This document shows, piece after piece, positions 1 to 8,857 of a DNA stretch of 64,000 bases. The position numbers and the translations under genes were made by a program. Source of the DNA: an uncultured delta proteobacterium. GTDB lineage: Bacteria; Desulfobacterota; Binatia; DP-6. The stretch spans positions 768,001-832,000 of the forward strand of contig CAWFFN010000012.1 in the NCBI GenBank assembly GCA_963815115.1. Direction: 5' to 3'. The notes below the pieces were generated by a model. The model saw nothing but the letters and a program-made list of their open reading frames with translations, was not told the origin of the DNA and did not search any database. Positions within the stretch are counted from its first letter, which is position 1. Each line of letters opens with the position of its first letter.

Positions 1-122
1 GAAGAGGGACGCTCCGGCCTCGCGCGCCGCTCCGCCCGTCGTCGTGGTCACCCGCCCCCCTTTCCGCGGCGTGGCCGCGCGGCAGAGACGGACGGCGATC
101 TACCAGAAAGGCCCGATGGTCG

Positions 123-1007
123 TCACGCCGACAGGAGCGCGGAGGCGAGCTCCCGCCACTGTGGCAACGGAAGCGCCCGAGGATCGGCGGGCAGCACCTG
201 CACGCAGACATGGTCTGCGCCGGCAGCGAGATGCGCGCGCACCCGGGCCAGGAGCGCGTCGGCGTCGCCCCACGCCACGATGGCGTCGACCAGGCGGTCG
301 CTGCCGCCGTCGCGCAGGTCGTCGTCGCCGAAGCCGAGGGAGCGCAGGTTGCGCACGTAGTTGGGCAGGCCGAGATACATCGCCATGTGCCCCCGGGCGA
401 TGGTGCGTGCCTTTGCCGGGTCGGTCTCGAGGACGAGAGCCTGCTCGGGCGCCAGGAGCGGCCCGCGCCCCATGATCTCGCGGGCGCGCGCGGTGTGCTC
501 CGGAGGCACGAAGTAGGGATGCGCCCCGGCGGTGCGCTGGCCGGCCAGCGCGAGCATCTTCGGCGCGAGCGCGCCGATCACGCGGCGAGGAGGCTCGCTC
601 GGCGGCGCCGCCAGGAACGGCGCCGCATCCATGGCATCGAGGTAGCGGCGCATGAACGAGAGAGGCTTGTCGTAGCGGTGCCCGCGGAGCCCCTCGACGA
701 GGGGAGCGTGGCTGACGCCGATGCCGAGGAGGAAGCGCCCGGGGTACGCCTCGTCGAGCGTCTTCTCCGCCGCGGCCATGGTCATGGCGTCACGTCCCCA
801 GACGTTGGCGATGCCGGTGGCCACGGTCAGGCGACGCGTGGCGGCGAGCAGCAGCCCGGCGTGCGTGAACGCCTCGCGCCCCATGGCCTCGGGGATCCAG
901 AGTGCGGGATAGCCGAGCGACTCGATCTCGGCGGCCGCCTCCTGCGCCTTCGCGGCGGGCTGCAGCTCGAGTGCGAACGTCCAGATGCCGACACGTCCGA
1001 TGTCCAT
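123..1007 (-). CDS. LLM-class F420-dependent oxidoreductase (MSMEG_4141/TIGR03620-like)
   Basis: Start placed at MDIGRVGIW. Motifs IESLGYPALWIPE, VATGIANVW, RFLLGIGVSH, GALAPKML, GAHPY, AGADHVCVQ. Confidence 0.9.
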   Translation of the reverse strand: MDIGRVGIWTFALELQPAAKAQEAAAEIESLGYPALWIPEAMGREAFTHAGLLLAATRRLTVATGIANVWGRDAMTMAAAEKTLDEAYPGRFLLGIGVSHAPLVEGLRGHRYDKPLSFMRRYLDAMDAAPFLAAPPSEPPRRVIGALAPKMLALAGQRTAGAHPYFVPPEHTARAREIMGRGPLLAPEQALVLETDPAKARTIARGHMAMYLGLPNYVRNLRSLGFGDDDLRDGGSDRLVDAIVAWGDADALLARVRAHLAAGADHVCVQVLPADPRALPLPQWRELASALLSA

Positions 1008-1107
1008 CGCGTCCGTGTGGCACGGGCACGGTCCGATGCCAAGGGGCGGACCCGCGTTGCCGTCGCGACCGCACGGCGCTAGAGGGGCCGCGGGAGGGCC
1101 CCGACCC

Positions 1108-1665
1108 ATGAGTCGACGTGCCGCCGCGATCGCCGCCGTCCTGTTCCTCACGCCCCTCGGAGCCGCCGCCGTCGAGGTCGCCGGCGTGTCGTTCCCGCCC
1201 ACGGTGCAGGCCGGTGGCAAGACCCTCACCCTCAACGGTGCCGGGCTGCGGACGCGGTTCTTCTTCAAGGTGTATGCGATGGGCCTCTATCTGGAGCATC
1301 CCAGCAGCGACGCCAGGGCGATCCTCGCTGCAGACGGGGTGCGCCGGGCCGAGCTCCACATGCTGCGCTCGGTGTCAGGCGCCGAGATGGGCGACGCCAT
1401 CGCGACGGCCGTCAACGCCAACGCCGGCAGCGCGGCCGGCCGGCTGAAGGATCGCGTCGACCGCCTGAAGGCCATGTTCACGAGCGCCAACCAGGGCGAG
1501 GTCATCACCCTCACCTACCTCCCCGGCACCGGCACGGTGGTCGCCGCGAAGGGCAGCGACGTCGGCACCATCGAGGGCAAGGACTTCGCAGATGCGCTCT
1601 TCGGCGCGTGGATCGGCACGGCGCCGGTGGACGACTCGCTCAAGCAGGCGCTCCTCGCGGGCTAG
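1108..1665 (+). CDS. Exported chalcone-isomerase-like protein
   Basis: Signal peptide followed by EVAGVSFP..LTLNGAGLRTRFFFKVYAMGLYL ... DFADALFGAWIG..PVD.SLKQALL; GGAGG upstream. Confidence 0.88.
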   Translation: MSRRAAAIAAVLFLTPLGAAAVEVAGVSFPPTVQAGGKTLTLNGAGLRTRFFFKVYAMGLYLEHPSSDARAILAADGVRRAELHMLRSVSGAEMGDAIATAVNANAGSAAGRLKDRVDRLKAMFTSANQGEVITLTYLPGTGTVVAAKGSDVGTIEGKDFADALFGAWIGTAPVDDSLKQALLAG

Positions 1666-1825
1666 AGCGATCCGAGGTTCCGTCTCGGGTCGCTCAGCTG
1701 CGCATTCCGTCGCCAGGGAGTGCCGCGATCGCGAGCATCCCTGTCCGATCGGGCGAAGACCCACCGCGTCCGCACGTGGGCGGGACGCTGGCACCGCGGT
1801 TGCTGGAACGCGAGGCGATCCGTTC

Positions 1826-3097
1826 ATGCTCGGACTGGTGCTGACGGCCGGGGGCGCGCGCGGCGCCTATCAAGCCGGTGTGCTGAAGCGCATCGGCGAG
1901 ATCCCCGGGCTGCGCGAGGCGCCGTCGCCGTTCTCCATCGTCACCGGGGCGTCCGCGGGGGCCATCAACGTCGCCGCCGTCGCCGCCGGCAGCGCGAGCT
2001 TTCACGACGCCACCCAGCAGCTCGCCGCCATGTGGTGCCAGCTCCAGGTGGAGCAGGTGTTCCGGACCGACGCGCTCTCGCTCGGGCTGGGGGCGTTCGG
2101 CATGCTGCGCGACCTGGCGCTGGGTGGTCTCTTCGGCCGCACCGTCACCCAGGCGCTCTTCGACACCGCACCGCTGCGGGAGCTGCTCGCCCGCGCGCTG
2201 CCGCTCGACGGCATCGCCGAGGCGATCCGGCTCGGCCACCTCTATGCCATCGCCGTGTCGGCCACGAGCTACCACTCGGGTCGCTCGTTCACCTTCGTCC
2301 AGGGCCGACCCGGGCATCCCGTGTGGCGGAAGTCCAGGCGCGTCGTCCTGCCGGTCGAGCTGACCCTCGACCACGTGTGCGCATCGGCGGCCATCCCGAT
2401 CGTGTTCCCGCCCGTGCGCGTGCGCTCGCCGGCGGGCGACCTGTACTTCGGCGACGGCGCGCTCCGCCTGTTCACGCCCTTCAGCCCCGCCATCCGTCTC
2501 GGCGCCAGCCGCGTGCTGGCCGTCGGCGTGCGCTCCCAGCGTGCCGCCGACACGCTGTCGCGCGAGGAGCTCGCGACCGCGGAGGAGACCGGCGCGGCCG
2601 GGTCGGTGCTGCCATCGCCGCCGCTGGCGCAGATCTGCGGCGTGTTCCTGAACGCCATCTTCCTGGACCACCTCGACGGCGACCTGGACCATTTGCGGCG
2701 CATGAACGAGCTCATCCTCGCCTACGGCGGGGACCTCGAGGCGCGCAAGGAACGCGCCGCGGCCGCGCGCGTCAGCGAGCCGATGCGGCTGGTGACCCCG
2801 CTCGTGGTCAGCCCGTCGGAGGACCTGGCGATGGTCGCGCAGCGCTTCGCGCACCGCATGCCGCGTCTCGTGCGCTACCTGATGGACGGACTCGGCACCC
2901 CGGACGCGCAGAGCGCCGACCTGATGAGCTACCTGCTGTTCGACGCCGCCTACACGCGAGCGCTCGTCGACATCGGCCACCGCGATGCCAGCGAGCGCAT
3001 CGGCGAGATCGAGGCCTTTCTCCGCGTGTCACGGTCGTCGCGCAGCAAGGGAAGGGTACGCGCGGGCCGCCCGGACCGGGAACGCGCCGCCGGCTGA
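1826..3097 (+). CDS. Patatin-like phospholipase
   Basis: GLVLTAGGARGAYQAG glycine loop, GASAG nucleophile elbow, ASAAIP..FPP, DGA catalytic Asp. Confidence 0.92.
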   Translation: MLGLVLTAGGARGAYQAGVLKRIGEIPGLREAPSPFSIVTGASAGAINVAAVAAGSASFHDATQQLAAMWCQLQVEQVFRTDALSLGLGAFGMLRDLALGGLFGRTVTQALFDTAPLRELLARALPLDGIAEAIRLGHLYAIAVSATSYHSGRSFTFVQGRPGHPVWRKSRRVVLPVELTLDHVCASAAIPIVFPPVRVRSPAGDLYFGDGALRLFTPFSPAIRLGASRVLAVGVRSQRAADTLSREELATAEETGAAGSVLPSPPLAQICGVFLNAIFLDHLDGDLDHLRRMNELILAYGGDLEARKERAAAARVSEPMRLVTPLVVSPSEDLAMVAQRFAHRMPRLVRYLMDGLGTPDAQSADLMSYLLFDAAYTRALVDIGHRDASERIGEIEAFLRVSRSSRSKGRVRAGRPDRERAAG

Positions 3098-3287
3098 GCA
3101 GCGCCCGCGACGCTCTCGCGCGCCCTTGATTCGCCCGCGTCGGCTCGCGCCCGCCGGCCGAGATGTTCGCCGGGCCGAACGTGCTCGAGGTGCACGAGGT
3201 GATGACCAGTACCGACCTGGACCTCGCGTGACGCGTTAGAAGAAAAGTGGCTTGACACGAATCGCCGACCGGCGCCAACGGGTCGGC

Positions 3288-4334
3288 ATGACGACGCTCC
3301 ATCGAGGTCTCACGCTGTTCATCCTCGGAGCGCTCGTGCTGGGCGCCGGTAGTCCGGTAGCGGCCAAACCCACTCCCACCCAGAAGTGCACCGCCGCCAA
3401 GGTGAAAGCGGCCGCGAAGAAGCTGTCGGCGAAGCTCGCGTGCTACGCCAAGGCAGCGACGAAGAACGCTCCAGTCGACGACGAATGCCTGGGCAAGGCC
3501 GAAACCAGCTTCAGGACGGCCTTCTCGAAGGCCGAATCGAAGGGCGGCTGCATCACCAGCGGCGACGCGACCGCGGTCGAGGCCGGGATCGAAGCCTTCG
3601 TCCAATCGTTGGCGACTGCCCTTCCCGACGGCGGTACGAAGGACGGGGGGAAGTGCGCGTCCGGGAAGCGCAAGGCGGCGGGAAAGAAGGCGATGGCCAA
3701 GCTCCTGTGCTACGCAAAATCCGCCACCAAGAACGTGCCGGTGGATGCCGGCTGCCTCGGCAAGGCGGAGGCCAACCTCGAGAAGGCCTTCAGCAAGGCG
3801 GAGAAGAAGGGCGGGTGCACGACGAGCGGAGACGCGGCGACGGTCGAGGACGCGGTCGACGCCATCGTCGCGCAGGTGGTGGCGCAGCTCACCACCCCGC
3901 CGACGACGACCACGACCGCCACGACCACCACGGCGGGGGGGCCGACCACCACGGCAACGGGGCCGACCACCACCGCGACCGGAGCGAGCACCACCTCGAC
4001 GACGATGGCGCCGGCCGTTCACGTCGTCATGGTCGGACCCAACGACATGCTGGTCTTCGACCCGGCGTCGCTTCCCATCCACGTGGGCGAGACCGTGCGC
4101 TGGGTGTGGGCCACGAGCTTTCACAGCGTGGTGAGTGGCACGGTGTCCACGGACGGGACCCGGATGCCGGACGGCCTGTTCTGCTCGCCGAACAACACCG
4201 CGTGCGACACGCTCCAGACCTCCAACGCGGGTGACACGTACGAGCGCACGTTCAACACCACGGGCACGTTCCCGTACTACTGTGCTCCGCACGGCAACAT
4301 GGGCATGGTCGGGACGATCGTGGTGCAACCCTAG
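3288..4334 (+). CDS. Exported protein: two Lys/Cys helical repeats, Thr-rich linker, C-terminal plastocyanin/azurin-type cupredoxin
   Basis: Signal peptide. Type-1 Cu ligands FHSV ... YYCAPHGNMGMVGTI. F.P..L.I..G.TV.W start of the cupredoxin fold. Confidence 0.85.
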   Translation: MTTLHRGLTLFILGALVLGAGSPVAAKPTPTQKCTAAKVKAAAKKLSAKLACYAKAATKNAPVDDECLGKAETSFRTAFSKAESKGGCITSGDATAVEAGIEAFVQSLATALPDGGTKDGGKCASGKRKAAGKKAMAKLLCYAKSATKNVPVDAGCLGKAEANLEKAFSKAEKKGGCTTSGDAATVEDAVDAIVAQVVAQLTTPPTTTTTATTTTAGGPTTTATGPTTTATGASTTSTTMAPAVHVVMVGPNDMLVFDPASLPIHVGETVRWVWATSFHSVVSGTVSTDGTRMPDGLFCSPNNTACDTLQTSNAGDTYERTFNTTGTFPYYCAPHGNMGMVGTIVVQP

Positions 4335-5038
4335 GCAGACGAGGGCTGCGTGGTGCGGTCGGGCGCGCCCCGTCGCCCCGCCGCCCGCGGGGAGCGCAGC
4401 AGCAGGCGGTCGAGCACGGCGATCGTGAGCAGCGAGAGCAGCGCGGAGAACGCGACGTCGCTCACGAAGTGGGCTCCCGACAGCACCCGCACGGCGCTGA
4501 CCGCGACCCCCGCGGCCAGCGCCGCGCCCACCGCGAAGGCCGATCCCGCAGCGACGCCGAGGGCGGTGAGCGCGAAGGCCGCGGCCGCGTCGCCGCTGGG
4601 AAAGGCGCAGTTCCGCCGGCATTGCGCCGCCGGAATTCCCGCGCGCGAGAACTGCGCGCCGCCGCCGAACTGACTGATCTCGCTCGGACGGGCACGGCCC
4701 CAGTGCTGCTTCAGTATCGAGTTGACGATGAGGCCGGGCCCGACGAGGAACGTGAGCAGGACCAGAAGGAGGCGGGGTGTGTCGAAGCCTCGCAGGATCG
4801 GGCGCCCGGCCATGCGGTTGGCCGCCAGGAGCACGATCGCGCCGACGACGGCCAGCCAGCAGCTGATCGAGACCAGCCAGCTCATCCGCAGCGCCAGCCC
4901 GTAGCGCGACAGCAGGAACTCGCCCGGACGGGAACGGTAGACCAGGCTCGAGATGGCGAGGTCGAGCCGCGGAAAGACGACGAAGAATGTGCCGATGACC
5001 GCCGCCGTCCCGATCGCCGCCCACAGGAGCCGCCGCAC
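4331..5038 (-). CDS. PAP2-family membrane phosphatase (lipid A phosphatase-like)
   Basis: C1 KQHWGRARP, C2 FPSGD, C3 RVLSGAHFVSDV; several TM segments. Confidence 0.85.
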   Translation of the reverse strand: MRRLLWAAIGTAAVIGTFFVVFPRLDLAISSLVYRSRPGEFLLSRYGLALRMSWLVSISCWLAVVGAIVLLAANRMAGRPILRGFDTPRLLLVLLTFLVGPGLIVNSILKQHWGRARPSEISQFGGGAQFSRAGIPAAQCRRNCAFPSGDAAAAFALTALGVAAGSAFAVGAALAAGVAVSAVRVLSGAHFVSDVAFSALLSLLTIAVLDRLLLRSPRAAGRRGAPDRTTQPSSA

Positions 5039-5120
5039 GGGGGTGAGTCCTAGGCGCGCGAGGCGTCTCCGTCCAGTGCGGGTGGGCGGTCGCCGGAAGC
5101 GGAGAGCGGGGGCACGCTGG

Positions 5121-5501
5121 TCAGACGTTCCCCGGCCCGCGCAGGTTCTCGGGGCCTCCCTCCACCCAGATCAGGTCCTCGACGAGCTCCTCCAGGAACG
5201 TCGGGTGGTCGTCGCCCCGGCGACCACCCGGGATGGGGTGGCTCGTGCCGTCGTTGGCGCTCGCGGGCGCGTCGCGCAGCGTGTCCAGGATCACCTGGCG
5301 CAGTCCGGCGAGGCTGCGGCCCTGGAAGTCCGCGAGATCTCCCAGGCTGTCACCGCCGGTGAGTCGTTCCCGCAGATCGGCCTCTCCGATCTTCAGGTAG
5401 CGTGCCGCCGCCGCGTGCACGGCGACGAACCGGGACCGGACTGCTTCGAGATAGGCCTGCAGGCTCGACACGCCGCCGCTTACTTCGATTCTGATCTCCA
5501 T
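5121..5501 (-). CDS. Hypothetical protein (126 aa)
   Basis: GGAGG RBS before MEIRIEV; amphipathic helical sequence (AAARYLKIGEADLRERL..G.SL.DLA). Confidence 0.65.
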   Translation of the reverse strand: MEIRIEVSGGVSSLQAYLEAVRSRFVAVHAAAARYLKIGEADLRERLTGGDSLGDLADFQGRSLAGLRQVILDTLRDAPASANDGTSHPIPGGRRGDDHPTFLEELVEDLIWVEGGPENLRGPGNV

Positions 5502-5630
5502 CGTCGTCCTCCGGGTTGCGCCATCCGTCCGTCCGGAAGGCGATGCGCGACCTGCATCCCCTTGAGGGCGGGATGGGCGCGTTCGGTTGACCCGGGCGCC
5601 CGGCGGTAGCGAAGATGCTACCCTCGGACG

Positions 5631-6089
5631 ATGGCAGATCAGACCATCGAAGGATGTGGGTGCCCGCCGACGGTGACCCCCATCCCGTCCACGGGCGGCG
5701 TGCACCACGTTTTCATCACGGTGAACGACCTGGCGCGCTCGCGTCCCTTCTATGCCGCCCTCATGCCGCGGCTCGGCTACCCGGCGACCTGGGAGTACGA
5801 GGGTCTGAGCGCGGGCTGGCTCAGCCCCGGCGGAAGCTTCTGGATCAAGCAGGCCGATGCGCGGCACGTCGGCGCGAGCTTCTCGAAGGACCGCGTCGGG
5901 CTCTGCGAGGTGGCGTTCCGCGCCGAGAGCCGCGAGCAGGTGGATGCGCTGGCACGTGACGTCGAGAGCTTCGGCGGGACGATCCTGGATGCGCCCCGTG
6001 AGTACCCGGAGTACGTCCGGGGCTACTATGCGGTCTTCTTCGCAGACCCGGACGGGATCAAGCTCGAGCTGGTGCACATTCCGGCCTGA
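5631..6089 (+). CDS. VOC/glyoxalase family protein
   Basis: VHHVFITVNDLARSRPFY, GL.EVAFRAESREQVD, YYAVFFADPDGIKLELVH. Confidence 0.92.
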   Translation: MADQTIEGCGCPPTVTPIPSTGGVHHVFITVNDLARSRPFYAALMPRLGYPATWEYEGLSAGWLSPGGSFWIKQADARHVGASFSKDRVGLCEVAFRAESREQVDALARDVESFGGTILDAPREYPEYVRGYYAVFFADPDGIKLELVHIPA

Positions 6090-6145
6090 AGCGTTCCGGC
6101 GCCCGTCCCGTTGCCAGGGACCGGGATCCTCAGTAGCGGTGCGCG

Positions 6146-7099
6146 ATGGACCTCGGGGACACGAGCGGGCGCGATCCGAAGACCGTCCTCCTCGTGCTGC
6201 TCGCGCTGCTCGCCGTCGTCTTCACCGTGGGGTGGATCCGCGAGCTGCGCCGCGCCCATCGCCGGGACGGGGAGCCCGGTACCGAGCCGGGGAGGCCCGG
6301 AGCGCTCGAGGTCGCCGTCGGCGCGGTCGCGGACTTCTTCGACACGCTCGGCATCGGCTCGTTCGCGACCACGACGTCGATCTTCAAGCTGCTGCAGATG
6401 GTGCCCGACCGCCTGATCCCCGGCACCCTGAACGTCGGCCACGCCCTGCCGTCGGTGGCGCAGGCGCTCATCTTCATCGCCATCGTCGAGGTGGAGACGC
6501 GGACGCTGGCGCTGATGGTCGGCGCCTCGGTCCTCGGGGCGTGGCTCGGTGCCGGCGTGGTGGCGGGCTGGCCGCGCCGCCGCGTGCAGATCGGCATGGG
6601 CAGCGCGCTGCTGGTCGCCGCCGCGCTCACGCTCCGCCAGCTCCTGCAGGGGAGCCTCTCCGGTGCCGGCGCGCTGTCGCTCTCGGGCGTGTCGCTCGGC
6701 GTCGGCGTCGCGGGCAACTTCGTTCTCGGCGCGCTCATGACGCTCGGGATCGGGCTCTACGCGCCGTGCATGATCCTGGTGGTCCTCCTCGGCATGGACG
6801 CCCGCGCCGCCTTTCCCATCATGATGGGCTCGTGCGGCTTCCTGACCCTCGTCGCCGGCATGCGCTTCATCGCGCGCCGGGCGTACGCGCCGCGTGCGGC
6901 GCTCGGACTCACCCTCGGTGGCACGCCGGCGGTGCTGGTGGCCGCGTTCGTCGTGAAGTCGCTGTCGCTCGACGCGGTGAGGCTGCTCGTGCTCGTGGTC
7001 GTGGTGTACACGGCCGTGGCCCTGCTGCGATCGGCGGCGGACGCGCCGCCGGCGCTCGCGCCCGACGAAGCGCCGGAGAGCGCCGCGGGCGGGGCGTGA
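6146..7099 (+). CDS. TauE/SafE (TSUP) family membrane transporter
   Basis: FFDTLGIGSFATTT, IPGTLNVGH, LMTLGIGLYAPCM, AFPIMMGSC; highly hydrophobic. Confidence 0.88.
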   Translation: MDLGDTSGRDPKTVLLVLLALLAVVFTVGWIRELRRAHRRDGEPGTEPGRPGALEVAVGAVADFFDTLGIGSFATTTSIFKLLQMVPDRLIPGTLNVGHALPSVAQALIFIAIVEVETRTLALMVGASVLGAWLGAGVVAGWPRRRVQIGMGSALLVAAALTLRQLLQGSLSGAGALSLSGVSLGVGVAGNFVLGALMTLGIGLYAPCMILVVLLGMDARAAFPIMMGSCGFLTLVAGMRFIARRAYAPRAALGLTLGGTPAVLVAAFVVKSLSLDAVRLLVLVVVVYTAVALLRSAADAPPALAPDEAPESAAGGA

Positions 7100-7269
7100 C
7101 GCGGCGGAGCGCTGGGCAGGCGAGCTCGACAGCGCAGGCGATCCGCAACCTGGCGGGGATCGAGCGCCGCATCCTCGTGTACGGCGGGAGCGACTCGTGG
7201 CGAACCGACGACGGCGTCGAGGTGATGTCCGACGCCCGGTTCAAGGGCGAGCTGGCGAAGGGGCTCTGA
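7096..7269 (+). pseudogene. Probable C-terminal remnant of an AAA/DUF4143-type protein
   Basis: AIRNLAGIERRILVYGGSDSWRTDDGVEVM resembles, from memory, the C-terminus of AAA_14-DUF4143 proteins; no N-terminal part is present. Confidence 0.4.
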
Positions 7270-7354
7270 ACCCGGACGCACCGTCGCCCAACTCCCGCTC
7301 ACCCGACGCATGATCCGCACACCGGGCCGATTCGCGGAAGGCGCTGAAAACGCG

Positions 7355-7780
7355 TCATCGGCCGTTCGCCGGCGTCACGGATGATGGTGGTCCTGAAGTT
7401 CCCTCCACTCCGAGCGCCTCGTTCAGCGGCCCGATCGCGAACAGCCAGAGCAGGTAGTAGACCACCGGCAGGAACACCGGCAGCACGATGGCGGCGGGAA
7501 ACCACGCGCCTTCCGCCAGGAAGAGCAGGTTGACGCCGACCGCCGCGAGGAAACCCAGGAGCGCGCCCCACGCGCCGATCCCGAGCCGCGGCTGCCGGCG
7601 CGCCCAGAGCAGATTCCACAGGCCCCACAGGATCGGTAGCAGGAAGAACGGCACCTGCCGGAGGGGCATCGCCGGGACCAGCGACGCCATCGACGTGCGC
7701 AGCGCGTACGGCCCGACGAGCACCGTTCCCGCCACGCCGGCGCCGATCAGGTAGGCGAGCAGGTCGCGGCGGCGAACCAT
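7355..7780 (-). CDS. Hypothetical 4-TM membrane protein in the ECF operon
   Basis: Four hydrophobic segments; starts 3 nt after the upstream gene ends. Confidence 0.75.
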   Translation of the reverse strand: MVRRRDLLAYLIGAGVAGTVLVGPYALRTSMASLVPAMPLRQVPFFLLPILWGLWNLLWARRQPRLGIGAWGALLGFLAAVGVNLLFLAEGAWFPAAIVLPVFLPVVYYLLWLFAIGPLNEALGVEGTSGPPSSVTPANGR

Positions 7781-7783
7781 GCG

Positions 7784-7996
7784 TCAGAGGAGGCCGCCGG
7801 CCGTGAGCACGCGAAGCGGGTCGGGCACCACGGCGAGGGTAGCGATCGCGACGGCGAGCGCCGCCATCTCGCCCCAGCCCATCGCCGGCAGGCGCAGCGG
7901 GACGCGCTCGTCGCGTCCCAGCCGGGCCCGGACTCGCGGCCAGAGGTCGCGGTCGGGTGCGGGCGTGCCGGAGCGGATCAGGTCGAGCGTTTGCAT
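7784..7996 (-). CDS. Small putative anti-sigma factor (70 aa, single TM)
   Basis: Directly downstream of the ECF gene; P.RDLWPRVRARL motif followed by a TM helix; GAGGAG RBS. Confidence 0.65.
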   Translation of the reverse strand: MQTLDLIRSGTPAPDRDLWPRVRARLGRDERVPLRLPAMGWGEMAALAVAIATLAVVPDPLRVLTAGGLL

Positions 7997-8003
7997 TCGT
8001 GGA

Positions 8004-8552
8004 TCACTCCTCTGGCTCCAGGTCTGCGAGCATGACACGGAGCCGGCGCAGGCCGTGGAACAGGCGGGACTTGACGGTGCCGAGCGGCGCACGCGTCACG
8101 CGCGCGATCTCCTCCAGCGACAGCTCGCCGAGCAGGCGCAGCGAGCATGCCTCGCGCTGCGCCACCGGCAGCGCGGCGAACGCCGCCGCAACCCGCTGCT
8201 GGATGTCGTCCCGGACCTCCGCGGGCGGGGTGCCGATCTCCGGCGCGTCCGACAGCGGCAGCCAACCCCACAGGCGTCTGGCGCGCAGGCGATTGCGGGC
8301 CAAGTTGCGTGCGATGGCGAAGATCCAGGGACGCAGGGGCGCGCCCTCGCGCCAGCGCTCCCGGTGTCGGTGCAAGCGCAGGAACGTCTCCACCACCAGA
8401 TCCTCTGCGGTCGCCGGGTCGTCCAGGATGCGCGCCAGATGGCGGCCCAGCGGTGCCTGGTAGCGGCGGAAGATGATCTCGAGAGCCGTGGGATCCCCCG
8501 CTCGGAAGGCCGCAAAGAGCGCCTCGTCGCTCGGCTGCGGCGCAGCTGACAT
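8004..8552 (-). CDS. ECF RNA polymerase sigma factor
   Basis: SDEAL..GD..A, AEDLVVETFLRL, WIFAIARNLARN (region 2); LSLEEIARVTRAPLGTVKSRLFHG (region 4). Confidence 0.93.
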   Translation of the reverse strand: MSAAPQPSDEALFAAFRAGDPTALEIIFRRYQAPLGRHLARILDDPATAEDLVVETFLRLHRHRERWREGAPLRPWIFAIARNLARNRLRARRLWGWLPLSDAPEIGTPPAEVRDDIQQRVAAAFAALPVAQREACSLRLLGELSLEEIARVTRAPLGTVKSRLFHGLRRLRVMLADLEPEE

Positions 8553-8566
8553 CCGTCATGCCTGCT

Positions 8567-8593
8567 GTACCCCGGAAGCGGGCAGGAAGTTCA
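8567..8593 (-). promoter_or_regulatory. ECF-type promoter for the sigma operon (TGAAC-N16-GGGTAC)
   Basis: Minus strand reads TGAAC ttcctgcccgcttccg GGGTAC just upstream of the sigma ATG. Confidence 0.7.
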
Positions 8594-8607
8594 ATGGCTC
8601 CGGCCAT

Positions 8608-8634
8608 TGAACCCGGGACGCGCCTTGCGGGTAC
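8608..8634 (+). promoter_or_regulatory. ECF-type promoter for the kinase-P450 operon (TGAAC-N16-GGGTAC)
   Basis: Plus strand reads TGAAC ccgggacgcgccttgc GGGTAC, with the same boxes and spacing as the divergent promoter. Confidence 0.7.
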
Positions 8635-8666
8635 CTGGAGACGAGTGCAAGGAGAGGAGGCCGGTG

Positions 8667-8855
8667 ATGATCCCCTTCGACTACGGGTTCGGTGCCTTCC
8701 AGGCGCCCGTCGCGCGGGCGCTCGCCTGGCTCGCCACCCTCGGTGCCGGCGCGACGATCGCCGTCGTGGCGCTCGTGGCCGTCGAGCTGCGGCGAGCGAC
8801 TCGCCGCAGCTCGACCGTTCGTTCCGTGCCGCCGACGCTCCGCGAGGCGGCCTGA
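8667..8855 (+). CDS. Small single-TM protein (62 aa)
   Basis: GAGGAGG RBS; MIPFDYGFG..., one TM helix, basic tail; ends 2 nt before the next gene. Confidence 0.7.
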   Translation: MIPFDYGFGAFQAPVARALAWLATLGAGATIAVVALVAVELRRATRRSSTVRSVPPTLREAA

Positions 8856-8857
8856 TC

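Noticed and set aside
3252-3287. TTGACA plus a GCCGACC/GGTCGGC hairpin before the cupredoxin gene as a copper-regulator site
   Set aside because: No matching -10 at 17-19 bp and no metal regulator nearby; insufficient support.
5505-5615. Riboswitch in the structured leader of the 5121-5501 gene
   Set aside because: Nested stems are possible, but I recognise no conserved aptamer motif. GC-rich DNA folds readily. An Infernal/Rfam scan would be needed.
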